From positions 17,422,001-17,486,000 of the forward strand of contig JAQFVV010000005.1 of assembly GCA_028023455.1 (NCBI GenBank): DNA of 64,000 bases. Reading direction: 5' to 3'. Both the position numbers and the translations under genes were made by a program. This stretch comes from Epiperipatus broadwayi (Eukaryota; Animalia; Onychophora). Position 1 is the first letter of the stretch. Each line of letters begins with the position of its first letter. Below the pieces are notes generated by a model, which saw only the letters and a program-made list of their open reading frames with translations, was not told where the DNA came from and ran no database searches. Of the stretch, positions 1 to 12,485 are shown piece after piece.

Positions 1-153
1 CAAACCCATCAATCTTTCTTATGCCACTTTTTGTCAATTATTAATATTCTAATTTTAAATCCTTGTATTGTTTATGAAATTACACATTCATTTTATTACC
101 CATTCAAGCAGAATATGTAAAATTATTTTAAATCATTCATTACATTATAAAAA

Positions 154-220
154 GCCTCATGGTATAGTGATTAGTGCAGCCATTACAATGTCAAGATCTG
201 GAGTTTGAATCTGGCCAGTT
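154..220 (+). repeat. Degenerate tRNA-derived SINE head
   Basis: A-box-like tggtatagtgattag and B-box-like gagtttgaatc at tRNA spacing; no cloverleaf. Confidence 0.3.
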
Positions 221-2679
221 AAATCTTTAAAAGTTTGATGTAAGCAGGCTTTGAATTTCACTTTTAGCAAACTATAGCCAATTCAATTAATTGCTCATAA
301 TTGGTTGGTAAATAGGTGTCTAGTTATTATTTTCTTAACAATTAAAGATCTCAGGTTAGTCAAATGAGTACCAATTTTCTGATAAAAAAAAGTAAAAAAA
401 AAAGGAAATGCAATTTTAATATGATACTTTTCTTTAGGTGGAAGATGTCACACTCTTATGTCTGCCAAGCATAACGTTAATTTTTACCCTTTTTCAATAA
501 TAATTCCAATAACTACAAAATAAATAATAGAGTAACTTTATTGATCAGGAGTTCAAAAGAAGTTAAGTGTTGAAAGCAGCAGAGCAGGGTCATAATCTAA
601 GAACTTTGAGCAGATTTGTATTCACTATACACCCCTTAAAAGAACTCCATATCTAAAAAATAGGACCATCTTAAAAATTAAATTTTATAATACTGGTATT
701 ATTAATTCCTGCTGAAATTTAGTGCAAGTAATATTGCTTCTAAAGAATAAAAAGTCAAACTTGATAATATATGAATCTTGGGATCTATTCAATAATCTAC
801 ACCAATGAGCACTAAGTAGTACCAATTTCTTTTAAATTTATATTCCTAACCATAACATAATCCATGAGATACCAATGGAAAAATTTTTCTGTGTAAACAA
901 AATATTTACAATAGTCAATTCATGTTTCGTGCAAAAATTTAATAAAAGATCAATAGAATTCTCAGGGACAATATTATTTCCAATAATTGTGACCTGCAGT
1001 TCACTATTCCTAACATAAATATTAAAATTTATAAAAGAAAAATTCAGAATTTTATTGGTATTAGTGCAATAACATAATATAACAAGAAATAAAACCTTTT
1101 TCTTTTGAACTTAAACTTTGATAAAATTATTATTATGTAATCCAATTTTTAAAGGCATTAATTTTTAATTAAATAAATGGATTAATGCTCAGAAGTTCAT
1201 AAAAAGTTGGAAGAGTAGAAGTTACAGAGTGAACCATTATCAATGAACCTTGAGCTTTAGATATATCACTCTACCATTGCATTAAACAATCCAAAGTGGG
1301 GTTTGATACATCTAGAGTGCTTTGTAAACTATTTTCCAAAAATAATATAATCAGATATCTTTTCAATTAAATTTTCTTTGTCTCCAAGATGAGTTTTACT
1401 AAAAATAATTATAACAATTTAAAATTTTAACATCTTAAATATAAGTGTTGTATCGACAATATGACTTTCTCATAGGCTTATTTATATATTTCCAAGAACA
1501 GTTCTTTTGACTTTACTCTAAAATGATCTATTTTAAGCTTGAGTACTAATGGATATTAAATAGTACTTTGCTATAATATCACAAATGGTAAACTGGTTTC
1601 AGGCTTTTGCTTTTGACAGTGAGAGGTAAGATTCAAATCTGGAACTAATGCATTTATACATCTAGCAGCCACTATTTACTCCTTTATATGTACTACTCAA
1701 ATTAATAGTGTAAAATTAAAAAAAAACAACTTAATATTTTGAATTCAATCAATCTCATATATTTATTTATATCTAGCACTTGTGTAATAAAGTGTCCAAT
1801 GTTTATTCAAGTCAATAATAGATCGATCGCTCTGTAACAGAGTGAAAAAAAAACTGCTCCTAGAAATGAGAAAATCAATTATTAGAAGAGGATCTACAGT
1901 TGATATAAAACTGCAATTCTAAAATATATACATTGACCTGGTGTTAGATCTATATAAGTAAGCAAATGGGTTGATTTGAGTTGAAAACCAATTAGTTTTG
2001 TTGAATTTCAAACTATTAGTTCAGTAGTATAAGGATGCAAAAGGCCACTTGATGCATAGGCATATTAGTTCTAAATTTAAATTCTTGTTCTCATTGATAG
2101 AGACAAAAGTTAAAACCTAATTTGAGAATGATAATATTAACACAATATCATCTGGAAATTATTGATTACTCAAGCTTACTGTAGATGGCTCTAGAGTATA
2201 GAAGTATATTTCATGTATCTGTATATAAATAAAAATGAAAATAATTAAGTTTCATAAGTATATCTAGCTCTTGATATTACCATTACATTTATAAATAATA
2301 TTTCTTCTATGGCTTAAATAAAAAATGTACCAGAATCAGGGATCTAGCTGTGAGACAGGCTATTTTTGTGGAGGCATAATGACTTTTTAAAATAAGGCTA
2401 CATAAGCATATAATCACTTGCCAAGTGAAATTTCTATTCTAAAGTGTGCCATTATTGATTTTAATGCTTCATGTAAGACAACTATGAACTTCCAAAATGC
2501 TAAACCTGTTTCCATTGATACTTTTTTCCAAAATATAATTTTCACAAATACTGGCATATAAAAGTCATCAAAAATGGAAAAGTATAAAATCCATTATGTT
2601 ATTCTTTTTATATAAATTTATAATAAAGTAATATAAAATATATTTATATAACAGTGATTACAAAAATATGTATTTATAT

Positions 2680-3400
2680 TTATACAAAAAACCTTTTTCA
2701 GCACATAATTTTAGTGTAAAACATTATTTGTTTTAGCTATTAATATATTATTGCACACATTAGAAATAATAAATAAAATAAAAAAGGAATAAAAACAAAT
2801 AAAAATTCCATAAAGGTTGAAATAAATTAATTATATAACATAAGAATTATATAATATGGATACAAACATACTTTACCTAACTTCATATTTATTACATAAT
2901 TTTCTATTCATTTTTAATTGACTGGGTAATAAATTTACTTAACATAATTTGTTTCACATATTTGTCTTCTGTTTGGATCTTTAATGTAATTTAAAGATTT
3001 AATATTTTTTATAGAATCTATTTTGTCTGTATGTTAAGTAGAGAATGTATAAAGCAGATTTAACATCTCTTCTATTAATTGCACTTTTATATTTTTTGGC
3101 TCTTTCATCTGTTTTCCTGTACATTTATAATAAATTATATTACAATTGTCACAATTAATTTTGTATAAAATTCTTTTTTTATATTTTATACCATCATTTA
3201 TTTTATAGTTACATATTAATTTTTCTAGATCTTTACCATTGACCATCCAATTTTTATATCTTTATCAATATAGTTTTTGTGTTTATTAATGTATTATAAA
3301 TTTTAGGATAATATGAAATTCTGAGCCATTTTTTATTGAATTATTGTTGTTATTATAATCATACTCATTTTACATAGAGATATTATTTAATATAGATTTT
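2680..3400 (-). mobile_element. Older, heavily degenerate PLE fragment related to the 6012 element
   Basis: ORF 3034-3246 (KDLEKLICNYKINDGIKYKKRILYKINCDNCNIIYY) aligns by eye with KNLDKLITNCRMKDDIKYKRGMVYKIRCNFCNMVYY; relic of the HHR tail near 2686-2730. Confidence 0.7.
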
Positions 3401-3495
3401 TTACAGGTAAAAAAAAATATTTTTAGGGTTATAACATAATCTTTATATAATTCAATAAACTTTTTTTTAAAAAAAAAAAAAAAATTAGCTACATT

Positions 3496-4682
3496 GGTTG
3501 TCGTCGATGAGCAGATATATCCCACTGGATGGCGCTGTTTTCGCGCCAAAACATATAAAAATGCCGTTTCCGCGGCCGACACCTTCGAACCTGAATGTTT
3601 CTATAATACAACTTTTTTGTTGTGCTACAGATTGCAGGCCGCTATGTCGCGTCGCAGTACAGCATGTATGTTTTACGCAGCAAATACATTTTCCGAATAT
3701 CGCACAATTTATAAAATGATTACGGCTTGGGGAGAGGGTGTGTTTTTTTGAATTGGATGGAAATGTTATTTTCATTGGATTTTTTTATTATTTTAAAGTA
3801 TTGAAATGTTCAGATTTTGTAACGTATTAATTAACAGACTTTTTACACCGTAGTGTATTGAAGTTTTAAGTAATAAATGTTGACGAGATATATGTATAAA
3901 GTTATTTGGAATTAGGTAACGAGTCAAGTAACGTACTGTTCGTAACATTCCACGAGACATTTTAAGATTGTAGCGTGTGTATATTTTTGAAATAAAAAAA
4001 AAAGCGTTAACACAAAAATATCCAGTAAGAAAAGTACAATTGTACACTGTTTTTTTAAATGTCATAAAAAGCATATATTATAAACATTTTATATATATAT
4101 TTGTCGTTGTTTAAAAAAGTTTTAGTTTCTTTCTTTTCTCAGACTACTGTTATTCTTTGTTGAATATAGTTTACGTTTATTGTTATCATTTATTTTATAG
4201 ATGTTAGTAAAAAAAAATATTTACAAAAATACGATTTTGATATTTTTTATTTTAACCGTAAACCTAACCCTAAAGCTAATCCTAAAACTAACCCTAAACG
4301 TAAACGTAACAAGTTTTACTTTTAGTTATCATTCTATTTGAAATAAAAACTAGCGGTAAACAAAATCTTCAAAAGAAAAAATCTCCGATAGAAAATTGAT
4401 TTTTTCTAATAAAAAGAAAACTAAAAAAGACGAATCAAATTGTAATTTGTTTATTTTATTTTACATTTATTATTATCATTTAATTTGTATATGTTAATAA
4501 AAAGTAATATTTAAAATTAAGTAATATTTAAAAAAGACGATTTTCTATTTGTTTTTATTTTCGCATTACAAAAAACACATCAATATGATTATTAATTAAC
4601 GGCCCGTGAATGACCATATTTTATAATTTTAGCGTGATAACTGCGCCATCGAGTGGGATTTAGCAGCTGTTCTCCGAGAACC
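3496..4682. mobile_element. Non-autonomous Merlin-type DNA transposon (~1.19 kb)
   Basis: GGTT...AACC termini, ~85-bp imperfect TIRs, exact 8-bp TSD gctacatt (3488-3495, 4683-4690); subterminal motif shared with the transposase element at 38182. Confidence 0.8.
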
Positions 4683-5786
4683 GCTACATTTTTATCGGTA
4701 TTATATTTCTCATTTTTATATTTAAAATTTTTAATAACTGCCATCTTTTGCATCCATGCTTGTTGTGAATCTATAGGAATTATTTTTCTTAATTTATCTT
4801 TAATGAAATGTTTTAATATAATTTTGATATCATTATCTATTGTTATGTATATATATAAATAGATATAATCATTAAATTAAAATCTACTATTTCAAAGATC
4901 AGTAAAATTGAAAAAATAATAAATAGTAAAATAATATCAGAAAAGATTAATTCCTAAGTAGAGTGAAATAGTAATTAGTTAAATCTCTAGAGATAAGTAA
5001 TTGAATTCCTTCAATATAGACATTTATAGATCTAAATTAATGAAATGATTGTGAGTTCCATATTCAGTCATTAGTAACCACTCAAGAATCTAAAAATAAG
5101 TCAATAGATCTAATTAGTAATAAAATTTCATGATCCAGAATGTATCATGAATAAATTAATTAATTATCTTATCGATGGGATCAAAAATAGGAACCAATTA
5201 GAAGAGAAGAAATTGGACAATTAATCTATGCCAACTAAGTGCAAAAAAAGACTCACTCATGTGAGGAAGCTTCATGTGTGTGGATGGACTTTTAACTTCA
5301 GTGCTGGACATCACCATAGTATCTTGAGCTTGCCTCCAAATGTGTAAAAAGCAAGCATAGGGACTGAACAGGTCATATAGATCTTTATTATCAATTTTGT
5401 ATGCCTTCGGATTTATGTATATATGGTAAATTGCATATATTCCATTAATAATGTAATCAATTGTCTAGAGTGATATTAAATACTAATAATTGAAGTTAGT
5501 AATTGTAGTTTTTACCAGGGGATAAATTTAGATCTCATGCAATCTGGAGAACAAGAGTTATGCTACCATAAATAGCATCTATGTAACATCTAAATATTTA
5601 ATTTTATCTTCAAATTTTGCTTTTATAAATTTAATATTATATTATTATTAAAATCATTATAAAAATTATTCATAGCTCTTTTATTACAAATTACTAAAAT
5701 AACATCTACATATTTAAAATACTATAGTCAAATATGTTTAAAAATACATATATACAAGCAACAAAGATTACAAATTATAAAATTAT

Positions 5787-5836
5787 CATAGAAAAGCCTT
5801 TTTCGGCAAATTATGTTTTTTGCCCTTTTCAATATG
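5787..5836 (-). ncRNA. Identical U3-A8 hammerhead motif in the other PLE arm (same sense as RIM-BP)
   Basis: Exact reverse complement of 7293-7342. Confidence 0.68.
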
Positions 5837-6011
5837 TCTCCATGATTTAAAGCACATACAGCAACATCTATATCAATACATGAGAAAAGACAGATAAACA
5901 AATGGATATCTGACACGATCTATTATGTGATTTTTTTTTCTTTGTCAATCCTACTACAAAATTACTCTGTTATATATATATATATTGAATTGATATATAT
6001 CCACATATTAA

Positions 6012-6638
6012 TTAATTAACTATCCATTCTTTATCCATTAACCACTTATTATTCAACTTAATGGATGTTTTGTATATATTCATACAATTGTTTTTATTAT
6101 ACATGATATAGTTTGTTTCATATATTTTACGTCTATTAACATTTTTAATATAATCAAGAACACTTATATTATCAATACAATTTATTTTATGTCCGTACTG
6201 CAAATAATGAACATATAGCGCAGATCTATCATCTTTCCTAGCAATAGCATCATTGTGTTCTTTAGCTCTTTCTCCCAATTGCTTTGACGTCTGGCCATAG
6301 TAAACCATATTACAAAAATTACATCTAATTTTATAAACCATTCCTCTCTTATATTTTATATCATCTTTCATCCTACAATTAGTTATCAATTTATCTAAAT
6401 TTTTGCTATTAGCCCATCCCACATTAATGTTTTTATCTATATAATTTTTACTTTTTTTATTTAATATATTATATACACTAGGAAAATATGAAATTTTTAT
6501 CCATTTCTTTTGTTTATTAGTCCTACATTTATTATTATTCATGTTATTTACCCCATATCGTGAAAATATATTGTCAATACTATGCACTGCATATCCACAT
6601 TCCATATATGTTTGTTTAAATTTATCCTTCTGTAACAT
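6012..6638 (-). pseudogene. C-terminal fragment of PLE ORF with GIY-YIG endonuclease (GMVYKIRCNFCNMVYYGQTSKQLGERAKEH...ETNYI)
   Basis: GIY-YIG equivalent VYKI/YYGQT, CxxC between them, conserved R, H and E; upstream RT is absent (truncated). Confidence 0.88.
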
Positions 6639-6710
6639 AGCAACCTATTTGCCTAGTGATATAATATATTAAATAAAAAAAGTAAAAATTATATAGATAA
6701 AAACATTAAT

Positions 6711-7110
6711 GTGGGATGGGCTAACAGCAAAAATTTAGATAAATTGGTAAATAATTGTAGGATGAAAGATGATATAAAATATAAGAGAGGAATGGTTTAC
6801 AAAATTAGATGTAATTTTTGTAATATGGTTTACTATGGCCAGACGTCAAAGCAATTGGGAGAAAGAGCTAAAGAACACAATGATGCTATTGCTAGGAAAG
6901 ATGATAGATCTGCATTATATGTTCATTATTTGCAGTACGGACATAAAATAAATTGTATTGATAATATAAGTGTTCTTGATTATATTTAAAATGTTAATAG
7001 ATGTAAAATATATAAAACAAACTATATCATATATAATAAAAACAACTGTATAAATATATACAAAACATCCATTAAGTTGAATAATAAGTGGTTAATGGAT
7101 AAAGAATGGA
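6711..7110 (+). pseudogene. Inverted duplicate of the PLE GIY-YIG region with premature stop at 6987-6989
   Basis: Near-identical to 6012-6430 on the opposite strand; AAA->TAA and several further substitutions. Confidence 0.88.
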
Positions 7111-7292
7111 TAGTTAATTAATTAATATATGTGGATATATATCAATTCAATATATATAACAGAGTAATTTTGTAGTAGGATTGAGAAAGAAAAAAAAATC
7201 ACATAATAGATCGTGTCAGATATCCATTTGTTTATCTGTCTTCTCTCATGTATTGATATAGATGTCACTGTATGTGCTTTAAATCGAGGAGA

Positions 7293-7342
7293 CATATTGA
7301 AAAGGGCAAAAAACATAATTTGCCGAAAAAGGCTTTTCTATG
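7293..7342 (+). ncRNA. Type I hammerhead ribozyme motif with U3-A8 variant core in PLE 3' tail
   Basis: CAUA-UUGAAAA-G-GGCAAA(loop)UUUGCC-GAA-AAAGGCUUUU-C/UAUG: stem I CAUA/UAUG, 6-bp stem II, self-complementary stem III, UUC triplet. Confidence 0.68.
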
Positions 7343-8882
7343 ATAATTTTATAATTTGTAATCTTTGTTGCTTGTATATATGTATTTTTAAACATATTGG
7401 ACTATTGTGTACTTGAAGTGCAACATAAAAAAAGAATTGATTTTAATTCTGATTCTTTTTCTGTATATTTAGAATAATAAATCTTGAAATTATCATCTAC
7501 ATATTTGGAATAATGTACTATTTCTTGATTTATTATTCTTTTTATTCATATATATTCCAAAATTCATTATTGTATTTAAAATATAAACAATTAGGTATCA
7601 ATACTAAACCTTATTATGTTTATATTATTTATATATTTGGACTGCTATATCATAATTTTATTTTTGTTCACTTTTTATTTTATGTTTCTAATATAAAATA
7701 ATATAGCAATTAAAACAGATAATATTTTACATTGAAGAGAGCATGGAATTATGTGTTAAAAGGCTTTTTATGTAATTATAAATATATGTTTTTGTAATGA
7801 CTGTTATATATTGATATTTTATATTATTTTATCATAAAAAAACATTTGATTCAGATTTGCTATCCTTGTAATTACAGTATGGAAATATGCTTTCACACAC
7901 ACACAGAACTATTGTCAGAATTAGATCAGAAAGATGCTATTATAAATAGACCCTATATAAACCTAAATGACTGAAGACAATAAGATTTTTAAAAAAAATC
8001 AAGAAAGAAAAATAAAAGAATGAAGATATAAAAACAAAGACAATGTTTGCTTGGAATAGGCAGCAGAAGATTTTATTGGTAAGGCATTGCTTACCTGAAG
8101 GTCATTCCACTATCTCCGAATGTTAACTTAGTCAATAGACTCTGAGTTAGGTAACCAACATAAATACAGTATTCCCTTGTATCTGTGATCTCAACATTTA
8201 CATTTTCAGTTATCCATGATTCGAAAAAGTATTACATAATGAATAAAAAAATTAGGAATTAATAAAAAAGTTTTTTTTATATATTAATTTTTTTTTTTTT
8301 AGTTCATAATATATAATCATCCTTTTACATGAAATTAACTATTATGCATGAATATCAGTATCCACAATTTCCACTTACAATCAAATATAATGAGAAAACA
8401 AAACCTACTGTATATATACAAAAATATTTAAACTGTAGTCAACTGTATATTTCACATAAGTATATAGATAACTAATTAATAAGTTTTGTCAAAGATGTGC
8501 TGTATTGGAAGTCTGACTAAGCAATTTTAAATATTAAAGCAGTAATAAGTATTAATTATTCATGTGCATATATATAAACATATACAGGATTTTTAAATTT
8601 TAATAACTTAAGGCACTTATATATATATATATTACTAATTTATAAAAAAAAACCCAATATCTTTGAATTTACTTAGAATAATTTTATAAGTTATCTTTTG
8701 TAATTTTACTGCAATTGGTGCATAAAAAATAATCTATTTTACTTGAATAATCAAGTTTATTTCTAAAATCTTTCTTCTTTTTTAAGATTATATCACAGTT
8801 TTTTAATCATTAAATTCTTAATTCATACAATCACGAAGCAAAGTTTAAAAATACTGACTTATACTTACATGGTGGCAGTTAT

Positions 8883-9208
8883 ATATAGAGCTCACAAAAC
8901 AAGCTCTTAACAAGCTTTGAGAATATCCTCAATCTCAGACCGGTTTCTGCATCTAGTGTCATCAGTGAGGTGTGAGGATATTCATTAGATTAAAAATACT
9001 AGGACAAGCCCAGCACTTTATCTTATGTATTGAGAAGAAAATCTGAAATTTTCAGACATCCATATGTCTAAAAATCCAGCTATCTAACTCAAATAGCCAT
9101 ATGGGACTGAACTAAGTTCAGATACAACATATATTAATAGCTTTAGCAACAAAAAATACGAGCTTTATTAAAATTATGTCATGAGACATCTGACTTGATT
9201 TTTTTTAT
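8883..9208 (-). mobile_element. Short non-coding HHR-bearing retroelement (family A, copy 1)
   Basis: 15-bp TSD catggtggcagttat (8868-8882, 9209-9223); same ends as the copy at 34084; has ~180 extra internal bp. Confidence 0.78.
8921..8983 (-). ncRNA. Type I hammerhead motif, ACCGGU stem III, weak stem II
   Basis: CUCA-CUGAUGA-CACUAGAUGCA-GAA-ACCGGU-C/UGAG plus distal 11-bp helix GAAUAUCCUCA/UGAGGAUAUUC; core intact, stem II poorly paired. Confidence 0.72.
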
Positions 9209-9801
9209 CATGGTGGCAGTTATGTTTAATTTTTTTTTAAAAAAACCTCCATTATTAGAAAATTTTAATTATTAAATTTCCAAATGGTGTTTATAGTAAA
9301 TTTCTATCATGTAGACATTTCATGTCATTAAAATTCAAACTATATGTGGTATTTTTTTAAAATGCCTTAGATATTATGTAGATAAATATATATTATTTGA
9401 TTTATAATTATATTTTACACTGGACAATTATTAACAGTAAAATATCACAAAGAAATAAATCAAACAATTTATTCTTAATAAAACTGAGCATAGTTGAGAC
9501 TAGCATAAATAAAACAAATAATAAGATACAAATTATTCATAAGTAAACAAAAAAGTTCATGAATGATAGATAGTTGATGAATTCAACATCATATAAGATT
9601 AACTGAATTATGTATACTGTATTTATTAAAGTTACAGAACACTTTTTTCTTTTGAAGCAAAAAAAAAGATCAAATTTTCATTTATAGAATCAATAAAATT
9701 GGGAAAAGATTTGATAAAATTTAACATATTACAAACAAAAGTAAAGAATATGATTATAGATTTCTGAAAACTTTTTTAAAATTTTGTTTATTACTACTTA
9801 C

Positions 9802-10004
9802 TTGTGATGAAGGAGATGTGACATTAATAACCGGCATATTGTCTGGAAGATTCATCTTTGCCCTGTTAAGATTATGAACAATTTCATCTGGAATTCGTGC
9901 AACAACTGAATCTATAGACTGAATATGTTTGGCTAATGTTCGTACAGTTACAGTTCGTGGAGGACTTCCTTCAAATGATGCCCAGTCCAATAAGACATGG
10001 TCAC
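9802..10004 (-). CDS. RIMBP2: RIM-BP exon (phase 1-0): GDHVLLDWASFEGSPPRTVTVRTLAKHIQSIDSVVARIPDEIV...TSPSSQ
   Basis: GDH.L ... VTVRT ... S.DS end of FN3-3; gatcttgcag acceptor, CAA|GTAAGT donor at 9801. Confidence 0.9.
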
Positions 10005-10539
10005 CTGCAAGATCAAATATAAAATACGATGAAACTAAAATTAAAAAATATTATAACTATGATTGTAATTTTATTTATTAATAAACTAAAAAAAAAATGT
10101 CAACCCAGAACTCTTTTTTCCAGAAAAATGGATATAAATAAAACTTTTTGTTAAAATTAATGAAAATTTTTGAAATAAGTGATATAATTAAAAAATAGGT
10201 GCATTCAAGAATCTTCCATTAGCTCATTGTGAATAATTATAAAATTGTTTGTGGTATAATAATATTAAAAGTATTTAATATTATTATATTATTTTAATAT
10301 TATTATTTATAGATGTCTTACATAAAGCAGTAAAAATATATCATTTATATTTGAAACCTATGAAAATCTTTGTATCATTGTTAAATATTGTGTATAATAA
10401 AATATCTTGTTCAAAATATTTTTTTATTTTTAATTATAATAAAAGCTGATCATTGATGATTTCCTAAGAGATTTTTATTGTAATATTTTAAAGCAAAGAA
10501 ATTGTGGTTTTGAATTTTACGATATCGCACTATTTTCAT

Positions 10540-11000
10540 CGTTTTCAACCATTATCACTTCACTTCAGGATAAAGATCTCTTCGACTTTAATCTAGTTCT
10601 TTTGATCTATAGTCTCTCTTCTCCACATTACACCAACAAACTTCTTTATTTCATCAATTCATCTCAGACACAGTCTCTTTCTAGATTTTTTATAATATTT
10701 TGGGATCCAATTTAAAACTTCAACTATCCATCTATTATCGTCTCTTTTAGAAATATGTTCAGCCCAGCTCCATTTCCATCTTTTAATTCTTTCAATGTCA
10801 AAGATTTTTTTTTTTCTCAATAAAGCGTTTGGTTTTCAATTCTTGTAATTAATTCCAATATACATCTTTCTATACTTTGTTGAAGAGTATGAACTTTCTG
10901 TATTGTTCTTTTATTAAATGTCCAAATTTCATATTCATAAGCAAGAACTAATAAAATAAATCTATAAAACCTCTTCCCATTTGAGCACATGGCATATTTA
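10540..11000 (-). mobile_element. Decayed RTE-clade LINE 3' fragment
   Basis: DDNRWIVEVLNWIPK motif; DNA similarity to 31892-32036 (tgtggagaagaga..., atcctgaagtg...gataatggttga). Confidence 0.68.
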
Positions 11001-11555
11001 ACATTAAATTATTTCTACACAAGTATTCTATCCAAGTATAATTCTATGATTAATTTCATCCAATATGTTTCCATTTATATGTGACTATAGTATTTGTAGT
11101 TGCTAATTTCTTCTAATTCATGATTATCAATTTTTTCTTCTGAAAAAATTCCCTGACTACACATTAGCATCATTTTTTTAAAAATATAACATCACATGTT
11201 TAGTCATGTAAATAAAAAACTAAAATTCTCAGATCAAAAAGAGATTTTGCTCTATTTTATAATAATCAATGATGACTTTATATTTGCCTATTGCTTACCT
11301 GCCATTCATGTGGATACTCCAACATTGCTGCAATCAGTCTGTATGCTCTCCATGGATATACTAGCAATATCACATTAGATAATCTTTACATAATTTTCAC
11401 GAGTTTCAATTGTTTAATTATTTTAGTTTGAGATATTATTCCTAGATGTCCATTATAATCAGTAAAACAAAAAAAAAACAAAAATAACTCTAATCAGAAG
11501 GAATTTCACTTTTACATGTGTGCAGTATAAAGCTGATTTTTTTTCATAGGTCAAA

Positions 11556-11627
11556 TGCGTTGACCGGGAAGCGAAGCCAGGCCAGCTGCTTGGAAGGCAG
11601 CTATGCTAACCGCTAGGACACCAATGC
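11556..11627 (-). tRNA. tRNA-Gly(UCC) pseudogene
   Basis: 72 nt colinear with eukaryotic tRNA-Gly-TCC, anticodon arm CTGC-CTTCCAA-GCAG intact; B box mutated (GTTCGAT->CTTCGCT) and D-stem altered. Confidence 0.8.
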
Positions 11628-11902
11628 TTATTTTTTGATAGAAAAATAAGTATATTTTTACTTTATGATGTTCTTATATTAAATTATATATATATTTAAT
11701 ATGTAAGTTATGTTTATTTAAATTTTTTTAAAGAATATTTTTATAAATATATTAATGCTTCTGAAAATTTACATGTTGGCTGACACAAAATAAGAAGAGT
11801 TTATACATTTATTTATAATTTTATTACTGTTTTTTATTTTGTAAAGTTGATTTTTTATTATTATTAGAAACTGAAGGCAGATATAAAATGCTTTGTATAA
11901 TG

Positions 11903-12014
11903 GGTAGTTGCTTTATTGACATCCACGCCGCGGGATGGTGTGATTTATGTGCTAAAACACATAAAAATGCCGTTTATGTGGCCAACATTTTGCAGTGTCA
12001 ATAAAACAACTACC
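11903..12014. mobile_element. 112-bp Merlin-type micro-MITE
   Basis: 19-bp TIR GGTAGTTGCTTTATTGACA / TGTCAATAAAACAACTACC; 8-bp TSD gtataatg/gtataata; interior is the same subterminal motif as in 3496-4682. Confidence 0.72.
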
Positions 12015-12485
12015 GTATAATATTACAAATTTTATATTTTATTTGTAAAACTAATTTTTTTATTTCCAATAATATTTTCATTATTTGTGTATATTTTAAA
12101 TAAATTTTTTCTAAAAAATAAAGATATGATTAAAAAAATGTTTTTTTTCTTTAAAATCACAGATTAATAATCAAAAAATTGTCATTGACAGAAAGTGATC
12201 ACGATATAGTATCTTTTTTAAAAAAATTGAAATCTGATGTAAGTAACAGTTAAGCTTCTTTTGTAAGTTCATTAAAACTAATCTTAGTGAAAGAAGACCA
12301 AATTTTTATTTCTATTAGTAGATAAAAGAATGACTTTTATAAGTAATTTTGTCTACATGTAAATTTACATGACCTAAAGCTTAAAAATATAACGATTAAA
12401 ATCATTTCCAAGAGACAATTCAAATCCTAAGTGAAACTGTAACATTTTCAGATAGTCAATCCTGTATTCTATTACTTATCAGTAT

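Larger units (their letters stand above)
5716..7493. mobile_element. Penelope-like retroelement insertion, 5'-truncated, as an inverted pair (minus arm ~5719-6651, plus arm ~6652-7493)
   Basis: ~750-bp arms are reverse complements (5719-6482 / 6652-7408); both carry GIY-YIG coding sequence and an HHR-bearing tail; 13-bp direct repeat catctacatattt at 5703-5715 and 7494-7506 (TSD). Confidence 0.88.

Noticed and set aside
3485-3775. Three overlapping ORFs on both strands
   Set aside because: They lie in the GC-rich TIR/subterminal part of the Merlin MITE; no protein motif.
5256-5335. Candidate next RIM-BP exon (QAQDTMVMSSTEVKSPSTHMKLPHM, GTGAGT donor)
   Set aside because: Available acceptors give phase 2 whereas the upstream exon ends in phase 0; GAG acceptor is weak; no recognisable homology.
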